Below, one piece after another: positions 18,088-29,822 of a stretch of DNA of 32,000 nt. This DNA is from Desulfobulbus propionicus DSM 2032 (GTDB taxonomy: Bacteria; Desulfobacterota; Desulfobulbia; Desulfobulbales; Desulfobulbaceae). Within the stretch, counting starts at the first letter, position 1; every line of letters starts with the position of its first letter. The position numbers and the translations under genes are program-made. The stretch spans positions 3,000,001 to 3,032,000 of the forward strand of contig NC_014972.1 in NCBI RefSeq assembly GCF_000186885.1, written 5' to 3'. The notes below the pieces were generated by a model. It saw only the letters and a list, made by a program, of their open reading frames with translations, was not told the DNA's origin and ran no database searches.

Positions 18088-18161
18088 AGAATTCTATCTG
18101 GTTGAACGGCACATCACATCGCCCTCTCCTGCGGAGAACAGGCTGCGGTTATCGCCTATGA

Positions 18162-18448
18162 TCACGAAGCATACCAAATGACAAAAGGATCATCCGTCTT
18201 CCCTTGCAGCAAGGTTTCATTATATTCGACATGGGTCACGCGAGATAAGGGAGAACCGATGGACAACCACGCGAGCAACAAATCGACGTTGTCTGCTGCG
18301 CCCTCGCACTGTACCTCCACTGTCCCATCCGGCAAGTTTCTCACCCACCCGGAAAGTCCAAGCCGCATGGCCTCCCTGCGTGTGTACTCGCGAAAAGCGA
18401 CCCGTTGCACTCGTCCATGCACCCGGGCGTGAATTCTTTTTCGTTCCA

Positions 18449-18449
<1 letters not shown>
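18162..18449 (-). CDS. acyP: Acylphosphatase
   Basis: HGRVQRVAFREYTRREAMRLGLSGWVRNLPDGTVEVQCEG; overlaps the ligA stop by one nucleotide. Confidence 0.85.
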
Positions 18450-20464
<2,015 letters not shown>

Positions 20465-20650
20465 TCACATATCCTCGATCAACACACCGCCCTTGGCGAT
20501 ACTGTCACGGCTCTCCTCGTCAATAAAAAGCAGGATCGATTCCTTCGGTTTGCCCGCAGCCTCGGAAATCACATCCGTGACCCCTTTGGCGATTTTTTGT
20601 TTCTGCTCCTTGGTAAGCTTTCCAGCAACACGGATACTGACATAGGGCAT
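20465..20650 (-). CDS. 4-oxalocrotonate tautomerase family enzyme
   Basis: 61 aa MPYVSIRVAGKLTKEQKQKIAKGVTDVISEAAGKPKESILLFIDE; Pro directly after Met (catalytic Pro1). Confidence 0.92.
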   Translation of the reverse strand: MPYVSIRVAGKLTKEQKQKIAKGVTDVISEAAGKPKESILLFIDEESRDSIAKGGVLIEDM

Positions 20651-20865
20651 AGGACCACCTCCACATTATAAAAGGATAAACGCGTGTTTTCCATGCAGTG
20701 CCTGCTGTGCCAGGAATCGAGGGGCAATGTCCCGGACAGCATTTCCTTTTTGCAAGACAAACACACTGAACACGGGTAAAAGATAGCAGAATTTCAGCAA
20801 GACGTCGATGAGGTTTCCGGGGCCCTGCTTCGCTTATCTCATGGGCACACAGGAGGAATGACAAG

Positions 20866-21897
20866 ATGAATGTGATCGTTACCGGGGGGGCCGGGTATAT
20901 TGGCAGCCATACCTGCCTGGAACTACTCAATGCCGGTTACCAGGTCACGGTCATTGACAACCTCTGCAATGCCAGCCGGGAATCGATCCGGCGAGTCGAG
21001 GCATTGACCGGCAAAGCCATCGCTTTCCACGAGGTTGACCTGTGCGACCTCGACGCTCTTCGTGCGGTTTTCAGGCGCACCCCTGAGGCCAAGGCGGTCA
21101 TTCATTTCGCGGGTCTGAAGGCGGTTGGTGAATCTGTGCAGCATCCCTTGCGCTACTATCGCAACAATCTCGATTCCACCCTCAATCTCTGCCAAGCAAT
21201 GCGGGAACATGGGGTGACGGACGTGGTTTTTTCCTCTTCGGCCACGGTCTATGGCGATCCGGCCTCTGTCCCTATCCGGGAGGATTTTCCGCTTTCCTGT
21301 ACTAACCCGTATGGGCGGACCAAATTGATGATCGAGGAAATACTACGCGATCTACAGATTGCCGATCCGCAGTGGAACGTGATCCTGCTGCGCTATTTCA
21401 ATCCGGTCGGGGCCCATAAAAGCGGTCGGATCGGCGAGGATCCCAACGGAATTCCCAACAATCTGGTGCCGTACATCGCCCAGGTGGCCATCGGCAAGTT
21501 GCGGGAGCTCTCTGTTTTTGGCGGCGATTACCCCACCCCGGACGGTACCGGTGTCCGCGACTACATCCATGTGGTGGATCTGGCGCTCGGCCATTTGCGG
21601 GCACTGGAAAAACTTCGGCAACGACCGGGAATCGCTGTGTATAATCTGGGAACCGGACAGGGGTACTCCGTGCTTGAGATGGTCACGGCCTTTGCCCAGG
21701 CCTGTGGGCGGCCTATTCCCCATCGGATTATCGGTCGCCGCCCCGGCGATATTGCGAGATGCTATGCCGACCCAACGCTGGCCTGGCATGAATTGGGGTG
21801 GCGCGCTCAGTGCGGACTTGCGGAAATGTGCGAGGATACGTGGCGGTGGCAGGCGGCCAACCCCGAAGGATACAACGAAACCATGTCCCCCATGTAA
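20866..21897 (+). CDS. galE: UDP-glucose 4-epimerase
   Basis: [75 protein letters not shown]. Confidence 0.96.
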   Translation: MNVIVTGGAGYIGSHTCLELLNAGYQVTVIDNLCNASRESIRRVEALTGKAIAFHEVDLCDLDALRAVFRRTPEAKAVIHFAGLKAVGESVQHPLRYYRNNLDSTLNLCQAMREHGVTDVVFSSSATVYGDPASVPIREDFPLSCTNPYGRTKLMIEEILRDLQIADPQWNVILLRYFNPVGAHKSGRIGEDPNGIPNNLVPYIAQVAIGKLRELSVFGGDYPTPDGTGVRDYIHVVDLALGHLRALEKLRQRPGIAVYNLGTGQGYSVLEMVTAFAQACGRPIPHRIIGRRPGDIARCYADPTLAWHELGWRAQCGLAEMCEDTWRWQAANPEGYNETMSPM

Positions 21898-21911
21898 CCT
21901 CCCCCTTGCAG

Positions 21912-22286
21912 CTAGTAGCCGCTGGCGATGATCAGGCTAGCGCCCTGCCGCTTGGCGAAGGTGTGTTTTTCCTTGCCTTTCCAGGTATACTCCACCCATT
22001 TTCCCTCGGGGGTGGCATTGAGCAACGCCTCAAAAATCGGCATGGCCTTGTCTTTCAAGTTTTCTCCGGCAAGGGTCGGATGGACAAGCAACGTGCCGTT
22101 GATTTCCATGACAAACACATACGGCGTATAAGCATCCGCCGCAAAACTTGAGGCATCCTTGCCCGCTTCAATGGCGGTCGCTAGTTCGTTGACGTTTTTC
22201 TCAATCGCCATCCGGTCCTCAGCCATAACATTGGCGACCAGGAAAAGCACGATCATCAGCAGCAGAAGATATGGTTGTCGATTCAT
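21912..22286 (-). CDS. Secreted stand-alone Cache-like domain protein
   Basis: Start refined to 22286 after a strong AAAGGAGAG ribosome-binding site; MNRQPYLLLLMIVLFLVANVMAED signal, then DAYTPYVFVMEINGTLLVHPTLAGENLKDK...GKWVEYTWKGKEKHTFAKRQ typical of single Cache domains. Confidence 0.75.
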   Translation of the reverse strand: MNRQPYLLLLMIVLFLVANVMAEDRMAIEKNVNELATAIEAGKDASSFAADAYTPYVFVMEINGTLLVHPTLAGENLKDKAMPIFEALLNATPEGKWVEYTWKGKEKHTFAKRQGASLIIASGY

Positions 22287-22574
22287 CGTCTCTCCTTTCC
22301 TGTACGATTCAGTTCGAGTTGTCAGACTTGGTGGAACGTTTCCGGCGTCATCACAGATGGACGAGCGTCCAAATGTGAATCGTGCACCAACAAAATCAAG
22401 GTCCTGGGGCGAGGGACCAGATTGGTTTTCGCATTTTTTCCTATCCGGAGCGGAAACCGTTATGGTATGTCGAATGCGGATATTTCTTGAGGTTATACCG
22501 ATGGTTCCTTCGAATGGCAAGACTCTTTTCATCAATCAAATCAATGAACAAACAGAATAGGCACTGCCGACACC

Positions 22575-23300
22575 ATGAGCGAGGATACCCTGTACTCCAG
22601 CGGTGAAGTCGAGGAAGACTTTACCTTCAACGATCGGGTGGCCGAGGTCTTCGACGACATGCTCAGCCGCTCTATTCCCTATTACCGCACGGTAATAGAC
22701 GGCATGGCGCAACTGCTTGCCTGCAGGCTGCCGGGGGGCGGAACCCTCTATGACTTGGGCTGCTCCACCGGCACCACCTTGCTGGAACTATGCCGTCGAC
22801 TGCCGGAGAGGCAATTCCACTACATCGGTATCGACAATGCCCCATCTATGCTCGATAAGGCGCGAAAGAAGAGTGCCATGTTCGGCAAGCGCACGGTACT
22901 CCAATTCATACAAGACGACATCACTTCCTGTCCCCTGCCCTCTGCCTCGGCCATCATTTGCAACTATACCTTGCAATTTCTCCGCCCCATGACCCGCCAG
23001 GCCTTTGTCGACCGGATTCACGCCGCCCTGCCCGCTGGAGGGATTTTTTTTCTCAGCGAAAAAACCATTTCCCATGCCGGACGGCTGAACCGCGATTTCA
23101 TCGAAATCTATCATGCCTTCAAGAAGCAACAGGGCTACTCCGAACTGGAAATCGCCGCCAAGCGCGAGGCCCTGGAAAATGTGCTCATCCCCTTTTCCCT
23201 GGACGAAAACATCGCCCTGTTACGCCATGCAGGATTCGATGAGATCGAAACCTATTTCAAGTGGTTCAACTTTACCGCTCTTGTGGCCCTGAAACGATAA
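22575..23300 (+). CDS. cmoA: Carboxy-S-adenosyl-L-methionine synthase
   Basis: DRVAEVFDDMLSRSIPYYRTVIDGMAQL, LYDLGCSTGTTLLELC, IIICNYTLQF-type motif (SAIICNYTLQFLRPMTRQAF). Confidence 0.93.
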   Translation: MSEDTLYSSGEVEEDFTFNDRVAEVFDDMLSRSIPYYRTVIDGMAQLLACRLPGGGTLYDLGCSTGTTLLELCRRLPERQFHYIGIDNAPSMLDKARKKSAMFGKRTVLQFIQDDITSCPLPSASAIICNYTLQFLRPMTRQAFVDRIHAALPAGGIFFLSEKTISHAGRLNRDFIEIYHAFKKQQGYSELEIAAKREALENVLIPFSLDENIALLRHAGFDEIETYFKWFNFTALVALKR

Positions 23301-23303
23301 TCC

Positions 23304-24257
23304 ATGGATCTACTCGAACATTTTCAAGACGCGAAAAGGGATCCCCTCCGGCGTCTGCTCGCCGAAAAATCAGCGTGGTTCAGCCAGGATAAAAAGGGGT
23401 TTCTACGCTATCGCCTCCCCTTGCGGTCGGTACAAGATTTGCGTGCGTCATCCTGTGATTTTTCCGGCGATGTGGTGCGCATTGGCACGGCTGACGATCT
23501 GAGCGCAGACGATCATGCCCGGGTTCATCAGATCCTGCGCGGTTTAATGCCGTGGCGCAAAGGCCCTTTCTCTGTCTTCGGCATCGACATCGACGCCGAG
23601 TGGCGGAGTGAGCGCAAGTGGAACCGCCTCGTTCCGGAACTGCCCGCCCTGGCCGGCAAGATGGTGGCTGATATCGGCTGCAACAACGGCTACTACATGT
23701 TCCGCATGGCCCCGTACCAGCCGACCATGGTCCTTGGTTTCGAGCCCTATGTCCATCACTACTACACCTTCAACATCCTCAACACCTTCGCCCAACAACC
23801 AAACCTCCGGGCGGAGCCGCTGGGCATCGAGCACCTTGCCCTTTTCCCTGAATGTTTCGACGTTATATTTTGCCTGGGCATTCTTTACCACCGCCCCTCA
23901 CCACTGGAGGCGTTACGTGATCTGCACTCCGCCCTGCGTCCCGGAGGCATTTTGCTTGTCGAATCGCAAGCCATCGCTGGTAATGACCCTGTGGCCCTGT
24001 TTCCCGCCCACACTTATGCCAAGGTTCCCGGAACCTGGTTTGTCCCCACCGCCACCTGCCTCCACAATTGGCTGACGAGAACAGGGTTTACCGAGGTCCG
24101 GCTCTTTTGTGATCACGCCATGAGTAGTGCGGAACAAAGGCGAACCGCCTGGATGGAATTTGAATCCTACCAAGATTTCATTGACAAGGATAATCCCGCG
24201 CTTACTATAGAAGGGTATCCGGCACCCCGCCGAGTGTTCTTCAAGGCAAAAAAATAA
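23304..24257 (+). CDS. cmoB: tRNA U34 carboxymethyltransferase
   Basis: GLMPWRKGPFSVFGIDIDAEWRSERKWNRLVPEL, VADIGCNNGYYMFRM, FCLGILYHRPSPLEALRDLHSALRPGG; 3 bp after cmoA. Confidence 0.95.
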   Translation: MDLLEHFQDAKRDPLRRLLAEKSAWFSQDKKGFLRYRLPLRSVQDLRASSCDFSGDVVRIGTADDLSADDHARVHQILRGLMPWRKGPFSVFGIDIDAEWRSERKWNRLVPELPALAGKMVADIGCNNGYYMFRMAPYQPTMVLGFEPYVHHYYTFNILNTFAQQPNLRAEPLGIEHLALFPECFDVIFCLGILYHRPSPLEALRDLHSALRPGGILLVESQAIAGNDPVALFPAHTYAKVPGTWFVPTATCLHNWLTRTGFTEVRLFCDHAMSSAEQRRTAWMEFESYQDFIDKDNPALTIEGYPAPRRVFFKAKK

Positions 24258-24345
24258 CCGCGAGTACAACAGGTTATTGCAACCACTATCTCCGGCTGCA
24301 CCACAGCAGCCATTCAATCGCATAACGAACAAACAGGATGAATCA

Positions 24346-24897
24346 ATGATGAATGCAAAAGACTGCACATTGTACCACGGCGGCCTGAAAGGGGCTGAAT
24401 CGGTTTTTGGTGAGAACGCCGAGAAATATGGCGTGCACGAGGTGGTTTTCACGTTTGCAGGACACCGGCTTAATCGCGACCGTAACGCGACGATTTTGAG
24501 CGAGGAGGAGTTGCAACGGGGCGATATCAGCATGGAACTCGCCTCGCGGATGATGAATCGGACCTATTATGAAACTGAAAAAATCCGCAGGGTTTTACAA
24601 ACAATCTTTCACATGGTCAACAAGGGCCATCAGGTCTTTGTCGTCGGCACCATTCTTGACGATAATTCCGTCAAAGGCGGAACCGGCTGGGCAGTGGAAT
24701 TGGCAAAACTGTTCAATCGCCCCCTGCATGTCTACGACCAACCCCGCAGCCAATGGTTCACCTGGAAGGAAGGCGCCTGGAAGGAAGATTCTCCCCGAAT
24801 TTGTTACAGCACCTTTGTCGGTTCAGGAACCCGCTATCTCAGCGACGATGGCATCGCCGCCATCAACCAACTGTTTGTCGACAGCTTCGCCAATTAA
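24346..24897 (+). CDS. Conserved-looking hypothetical protein, possible SLOG/Rossmann nucleotide-binding fold
   Basis: LYHGGLKGAESVFGENAEKYGVHEVVF at the N-terminus and VFVVGTILDDNSVKGGTGWAVELAKLFNRPLHVYDQ in the middle resemble GGxxG and GGTxxE/A motifs of SLOG-type proteins. Confidence 0.65.
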   Translation: MMNAKDCTLYHGGLKGAESVFGENAEKYGVHEVVFTFAGHRLNRDRNATILSEEELQRGDISMELASRMMNRTYYETEKIRRVLQTIFHMVNKGHQVFVVGTILDDNSVKGGTGWAVELAKLFNRPLHVYDQPRSQWFTWKEGAWKEDSPRICYSTFVGSGTRYLSDDGIAAINQLFVDSFAN

Positions 24898-24932
24898 CCC
24901 CGCTTTCTTTTTGACCAACCGAACCCATCGAC

Positions 24933-24982
24933 ACGCCTCTTCACGCTTCCACCTGGTACCGCGAGCGTGAGGAGGCGTTTTT
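24933..24982 (+). terminator. Rho-independent terminator after the ORF following cmoAB
   Basis: ACGCCTCTTCACGCT ... AGCGTGAGGAGGCGT + TTTTT, 15-bp stem with one wobble. Confidence 0.85.
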
Positions 24983-24997
24983 GCTTGTTTTTGTCGA

Positions 24998-26389
24998 TCA
25001 TTTTCCAATACAAAACTGGCTGAATACGACATCAAGAACATCGTCAGGCGTTGTCAGCCCAACGATATCCCCCAGGTGATCAAGGGCGGACTGCACCTCC
25101 ACCGCCAGTAGATCCACGGGTGCGGCCATTGCCATGGCCGCCTCAAATCCTCGGCAAGCCGTCAGGGTCTTGTGTAAAATCGATCGGTGCCGGGTGTTGG
25201 GCGCGCAGGTCATCCGTTCGCACAGTTCCGCACCATCGCCGATGATTGCCTGATAAACCGCCTCTTGGAGTTCGTCGATCCCCTCTTGTTGCTTGGCTGA
25301 AATGGCCACCACCTTCTTTCCGGAAAACCGAGAGAAAATCGAAGCGATCTGTTCCTTAGTGGCCAGATCACGTTTGTTGACGACAATCACATGCGGCTTA
25401 TTGCCCAGCGACCGATACAATTCTTCATCGGTCTCCCGCCAGCCGACCTGCGCATCCACCAAAAAAAGTACCAGATCGGCCTGTTCCACCTTCTGTCGAG
25501 CCCGCTCAATGCCCAAAGCCTCGACAGGATCGTGATGCAGACGGATGCCGGCGGTGTCCACGAGGTGGAGAGGAATGCCCCGGATGGCGATTCGCTCCTC
25601 GATGGTGTCCCGCGTTGTTCCCGGCAGTGGAGTGACCAAGGCCCGCTCCTCCTGAAGTAGCGTGTTGAGCAGACTCGATTTACCGACATTCGGTTGACCG
25701 GTGATGACCACCTTAACGCCTTCCCGAACGATTTTACCCTGCTCGGCCATGGCGATGAGCCGTTCAAGCGGCCCGATGAGATGCGTTTGCAACTGATCCT
25801 GGATCTGTTGCGCAGCAAAAATCTCCGCATCCTCGTCCGGAAAGTCGATGGCCACTTCCAGCACGGCAAGAATGGAGAGCAAGTGGTCACGAATCTGTTC
25901 GAGTTCAGCGAACAGTGCTCCTCGCAACTGATTGACGGCCAACAGCGCCCCTTTTTCGGTCTGAGCCTGCAACAAATCAACCACGGCCTCGGCCCGGGTC
26001 AGATCGATACGGCCGGCGAGAAAGGCCCGCTTGGTGAATTCACCAGGGTCGGCGGGCCGGGCTCCACGCTCAAACACTGTTCGGAGAATTTCCTGAAGAA
26101 CGAGATAGGACCCGTGACACTGCAACTCAACCACATCTTCACGGGTATAGGTATGCGGGGCACGCATATACACGGCCAGGGCCTCGTCGAGAACCTGGCC
26201 CGCGCGATTCATGACGGTGCCGTAATAAAGTTGGTGGCTAGTAAAATGGGAATGGGGTTTATGGGAAACGAACAATTGACGCAAAAGCGTCAGGGCCTCC
26301 GGCCCGGAGATGCGGATTATGCCGATTCCACCGGTTCCCGGAGCGGTGGCGATGGCGGCGATGGTATCATTCGCCCGATGGACGGCCAC
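24998..26389 (-). CDS. mnmE: tRNA uridine-5-carboxymethylaminomethyl(34) synthesis GTPase MnmE
   Basis: DTIAAIATAPGTGGIGIIRISG, GQPNVGKSSLLN, DTAGIR, C-terminal FCIGK. Confidence 0.98.
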   Translation of the reverse strand: MAVHRANDTIAAIATAPGTGGIGIIRISGPEALTLLRQLFVSHKPHSHFTSHQLYYGTVMNRAGQVLDEALAVYMRAPHTYTREDVVELQCHGSYLVLQEILRTVFERGARPADPGEFTKRAFLAGRIDLTRAEAVVDLLQAQTEKGALLAVNQLRGALFAELEQIRDHLLSILAVLEVAIDFPDEDAEIFAAQQIQDQLQTHLIGPLERLIAMAEQGKIVREGVKVVITGQPNVGKSSLLNTLLQEERALVTPLPGTTRDTIEERIAIRGIPLHLVDTAGIRLHHDPVEALGIERARQKVEQADLVLFLVDAQVGWRETDEELYRSLGNKPHVIVVNKRDLATKEQIASIFSRFSGKKVVAISAKQQEGIDELQEAVYQAIIGDGAELCERMTCAPNTRHRSILHKTLTACRGFEAAMAMAAPVDLLAVEVQSALDHLGDIVGLTTPDDVLDVVFSQFCIGK

Positions 26390-27305
26390 CTTGTCCTCCC
26401 CGTCGCTTTTTCGCCACCGGTCGGCGTCCTTTGCCGGGTTTGTAGATCAGGACTTTTTTGAACAATCCTTCGCCCACCGACCGACTGCGAACCCCTTTAT
26501 CCTCCTGGAGGACCATGTGCACGACACGACGCTCCGAGGGGTTGAGAGCCGGGATGGCCTGCGTCTTGCCATCCGCCTTTACCAGCTCGGCCAACTGGAC
26601 CGCCCGCGCCTTCAACTCTTCCGCTCGCCGCTCGCGAAAATCACCGACATTCAAAGCAAGCATGATTCGGTCGGGCAAGTGGCGGGAAACCATTTTGCGC
26701 AGCAAATATTGCAAGCTATCCAAAGTACGCCCCTCGGGACCGACGATGTGCTCCTCATGCGCCCCTGAAATGTGGCACTGGACCGTGTTGTCCTCATAGC
26801 TCACTCGGACTTCCGATGGCAGCCTCATCAGGGTCAGCAATTGGTGCAGATCTTCTTGGATTGCGCCCAGATTTTCTGCCGAGGGCGGTTCAAAGGCAAT
26901 GTCCTCTTCGAATGATTCCACATCGCCATCGGCCCCCTCCTCCCCCGCTTCTTCCTGTGGCCGTGCTTGCTCCTCAACCACTTTCGCCATTTCCGCCGGC
27001 CTGGCAACTCGTTCGACCGCCGCCACCGCCTCCACGGTTTGCGGCTCGTCGCTCGTCGACGGTGCGGCCTCCTCCTCGGTCTTGACAGGGGTGGCGGGAA
27101 CGGGGGGGGCGATCTCCGCCGAGAGTGGGACGGCCTTTCGTTGCACACGAATGTGGGCTTTTTTCTTGCAAAGGCCGAAAATGCCGGCTGATCCGGTCTC
27201 CAGGACCTCGATGTCAAGATCCTCCCGGGAGGCCCCTATCTCCCGACATGCCTGTTCAATTACTTCCGCAATATCCTTGCCGTAAAAATCTTTTTCCTTT
27301 GCCAT
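26367..27305 (-). CDS. jag: Jag/KhpB RNA-binding protein (Jag-N, KH, R3H)
   Basis: Jag_N region ETGSAGIFGLCKKKAHIRV, acidic Ala/Glu/Pro-rich linker, KH region IVGPEGRTLDSLQYLLRKMVSR, R3H ALNPSERRVVHMVLQEDKGVRSRSVGEG. Confidence 0.92.
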   Translation of the reverse strand: MAKEKDFYGKDIAEVIEQACREIGASREDLDIEVLETGSAGIFGLCKKKAHIRVQRKAVPLSAEIAPPVPATPVKTEEEAAPSTSDEPQTVEAVAAVERVARPAEMAKVVEEQARPQEEAGEEGADGDVESFEEDIAFEPPSAENLGAIQEDLHQLLTLMRLPSEVRVSYEDNTVQCHISGAHEEHIVGPEGRTLDSLQYLLRKMVSRHLPDRIMLALNVGDFRERRAEELKARAVQLAELVKADGKTQAIPALNPSERRVVHMVLQEDKGVRSRSVGEGLFKKVLIYKPGKGRRPVAKKRRGGQGGRPSGE

Positions 27306-27329
27306 GTGCACCGTTCCTACACCAGAGGT

Positions 27330-28979
27330 TCACGCCTTGTTCTGCCGATTGATGAGATATTGCTGCAAAATGGAAAGCAGGTTATTGACAAACCAGTACA
27401 GTACCAGGCCCGATGCAAAATTAATAAACATGAAAGTGAAGACTATCGGCAAGAATTGCATGATGCGCGCCTGGGTTGGATCCGCGGTGGTCGGCGTCAT
27501 CTTTTGTTGCAGATACATGGAAGCGCCCATCAGCAGGGTCAGGATCGGAATGCCATGGAGATAGGGAATGTCGAACCCTATCCACAGTCTGTCGGGAGCG
27601 GACAAATCATTGATCCACAGCATGAAGGGGGCATGGCGCAATTCGATGGCGGCCATCAATACCCGGTACAGGGCGAAAAAGAAGGGAATCTGAATCAGCA
27701 TCGGCAAACAACCGCCGACAGGATTGACCTTGTAGGTTTTGTACAGGGTCATCATCTCCTGATTCATCTTGGCCGGATCATCCTTGAACCGCTCCCGCAG
27801 CTTGGCAATTTTGGGCTGCAATTTCTGCATGTTTTTCATGGACTTCATCCCCTTTTGGGTGATGGGCCAGAAAATGAGCTTGATCAGGATAGTGAGGAGA
27901 ATGATGGCGACGCCGTAGTTATGGCTGAACTGATGGAAAAAATTGAGCAACCAAAGCATGGGCTTGGCCAAGACATCAAACCAGCCGAAATCCACGGCCT
28001 TGGCCAAGTCGCTGCCTGCGGTTTGGAGAACCTGGAGCTTTTTGGGGCCGAAATACAGTGTGTAGGCAAAAGATTTGCCTTCATGGGGCCCGATTGTCTG
28101 AATGCCTTCCGAAAGAACCGTCCGTACCTGCTGTTCCGATCCCTGCAGGGTAATGGTGCGGCCATTGCCGACTGCCGGTGCCACGGTGGTCATGAAATAG
28201 TTGTCGACATACCCTGTCCAGCTCACCTTGCCCTGGAGAACCACCGGCGCCTCGGTCAGCTTTTTCGCCTTGGTTTCGACCAATTTTTCGTTCACATAGG
28301 CAGCCGGCCCGGCAAAGAGATACTTGCTGGTTTCACTGGCATGGGCAAACGGTTCGTTGACCATGGTCAGGGCGGGTGAAACCTGAACAGGCCGATCGGT
28401 GGTGTTGCTGACCTTATATTCAACATTGATCAGATAGCTGTCGCCTCGAAATGTCAGAGTACGGACAATCGCTATCCCGTCGGCCAGGGCCGCCGTCATG
28501 GTCAACGTCCCGGTATCTCCTTGATTGGTGAGGGTCACGGCATTTTTGTCCGCCGTGTAGGTCGGCAAGACCGTGCCCGCTCCATTATCCAAGGAGAACA
28601 GGACAGGCGCATCCGCTGGCCCCTTGCCGATGATCAGCTGCATCGGACCCGCGTCTTCCGCATTCGTGCTCCGGTAGCTCTTCAGAACAAACCCCTTCAC
28701 GCCCCCGCCCTGTTCATTGATCACCGCTGTGTACAACGGGGTGTCCACGGTGACATCGTGAGCGAGAGGGTCGACGGCAACCGTGGATGGAGTTGCGGCG
28801 ATACCGGTCGCGGCGGCGGGTGCCCCACCGGCTGTCTGCTGGTTGGCGGAGGAGGCAGCCTGCGTGGCCTGTCCAGGGGCCTGCGGTTGGGGAGGAACGG
28901 GCTTGACAAAGAAATACTGATACCCGATCAAAATGAGAAAGGAGAGGACAATGGCCAAAAAGGCTCTGTAAAGATCCAT
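27330..28979 (-). CDS. yidC: Membrane protein insertase YidC (Gram-negative type with large periplasmic domain)
   Basis: MDLYRAFLAIVLSFLILIGYQYFF N-terminal TM, periplasmic domain, core YNYGVAIILLTILIKLIFWPITQKGMKSMKNMQKLQPKI, GGCLPMLIQIPFFFALYRVL. Confidence 0.98.
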   Translation of the reverse strand: MDLYRAFLAIVLSFLILIGYQYFFVKPVPPQPQAPGQATQAASSANQQTAGGAPAAATGIAATPSTVAVDPLAHDVTVDTPLYTAVINEQGGGVKGFVLKSYRSTNAEDAGPMQLIIGKGPADAPVLFSLDNGAGTVLPTYTADKNAVTLTNQGDTGTLTMTAALADGIAIVRTLTFRGDSYLINVEYKVSNTTDRPVQVSPALTMVNEPFAHASETSKYLFAGPAAYVNEKLVETKAKKLTEAPVVLQGKVSWTGYVDNYFMTTVAPAVGNGRTITLQGSEQQVRTVLSEGIQTIGPHEGKSFAYTLYFGPKKLQVLQTAGSDLAKAVDFGWFDVLAKPMLWLLNFFHQFSHNYGVAIILLTILIKLIFWPITQKGMKSMKNMQKLQPKIAKLRERFKDDPAKMNQEMMTLYKTYKVNPVGGCLPMLIQIPFFFALYRVLMAAIELRHAPFMLWINDLSAPDRLWIGFDIPYLHGIPILTLLMGASMYLQQKMTPTTADPTQARIMQFLPIVFTFMFINFASGLVLYWFVNNLLSILQQYLINRQNKA

Positions 28980-29048
28980 GTCATGTACCTTGGGGTGCCT
29001 CTATGTGCAGAGGTGTTGACTGAAAATGACGCATCCCGCTCTCACGCC

Positions 29049-29327
29049 TCAGCGCACGGGGTCATAGCCACCGCGGGAAAAGGGATGGCAGCGCAGTATT
29101 CGCCATATAGCCATCAAGGTTCCGCGGAAAACGCCATGTTTCCTGACCGCTTCAATGGCATATTGGGAGCAAGAAGGAATGAATCGACAGACAGGGGGAA
29201 ACAAGGGGGAGAGAAGAAGTTGATAGCCTCTGAACAAGGCAATCAAGCACATTGCAGGCGCTTTCCGCCATGATCGTCCAGACTTTCCTTCCGACGACGA
29301 GCTCGGATGGTGATCATCGAAGGCCAT
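29049..29327 (-). CDS. yidD: Membrane protein insertion efficiency factor YidD
   Basis: [64 protein letters not shown]. Confidence 0.95.
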   Translation of the reverse strand: MAFDDHHPSSSSEGKSGRSWRKAPAMCLIALFRGYQLLLSPLFPPVCRFIPSCSQYAIEAVRKHGVFRGTLMAIWRILRCHPFSRGGYDPVR

Positions 29328-29343
29328 GGAGCTGTTCCTTGTC

Positions 29344-29679
29344 TCAGCCGCAGAGCGTTCTTGCTATATCGGCCCGCAAAGCAGCAAAGCTGTCCAGGGA
29401 AAAATCCGGCCGAACAGCGATGACAACATCACAATGAGCCGGAAAGTCTCCGCGGTTAAGCCGAAACACTTCGCGCACTAACCGCTTAACCCTATTCCGC
29501 CGCACAGCATTTCCTGTTTTTCTCTGCACACTGATTCCCAGTCGGTTCCAGGGAAGTGTATTCGGCATGACGATCACGGTGAACCCGTTGCCGCGATGCC
29601 GCTGTCCAGACCGATAAACGCGTTGAAACTCTCCCGTTTTCCGCAGTAAGTGCGCCTTGGGAAGCGTGAAGCGATCCAA
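29344..29679 (-). CDS. rnpA: Ribonuclease P protein component
   Basis: [54 protein letters not shown]. Confidence 0.95.
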   Translation of the reverse strand: MDRFTLPKAHLLRKTGEFQRVYRSGQRHRGNGFTVIVMPNTLPWNRLGISVQRKTGNAVRRNRVKRLVREVFRLNRGDFPAHCDVVIAVRPDFSLDSFAALRADIARTLCG

Positions 29680-29684
29680 GGGGG

Positions 29685-29822
29685 TTAAGCGGCCAGCCGT
29701 TTCCGTCCTTTTGCTCTCCGACGTTGAATGACGGCCCGACCGGAATGCGTCTTCATGCGAACAAGAAATCCATGGGTCCGGGCACGCTTGGTATTGCTTG
29801 GTTGAAAGGTTCTTTTACTCAT
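29685..29822 (-). CDS. rpmH: 50S ribosomal protein L34 (absent from the supplied ORF track)
   Basis: Hand-translated minus strand: [45 protein letters not shown], 45 aa; AAAGGA ribosome-binding site upstream. Confidence 0.98.
   Translation of the reverse strand: MSKRTFQPSNTKRARTHGFLVRMKTHSGRAVIQRRRAKGRKRLAA

Noticed and set aside
20694-20780. Short ORF MQCLLCQESRGNVPDSISFLQDKHTEHG upstream of galE
   Set aside because: Only 28 aa, no ribosome-binding site and no known similarity; not enough to call a gene or leader peptide.
27306-28379. 357-aa ORF antisense to yidC
   Set aside because: His/Gln/Asp/Gly-rich shadow of the yidC reading frame; no family signature.
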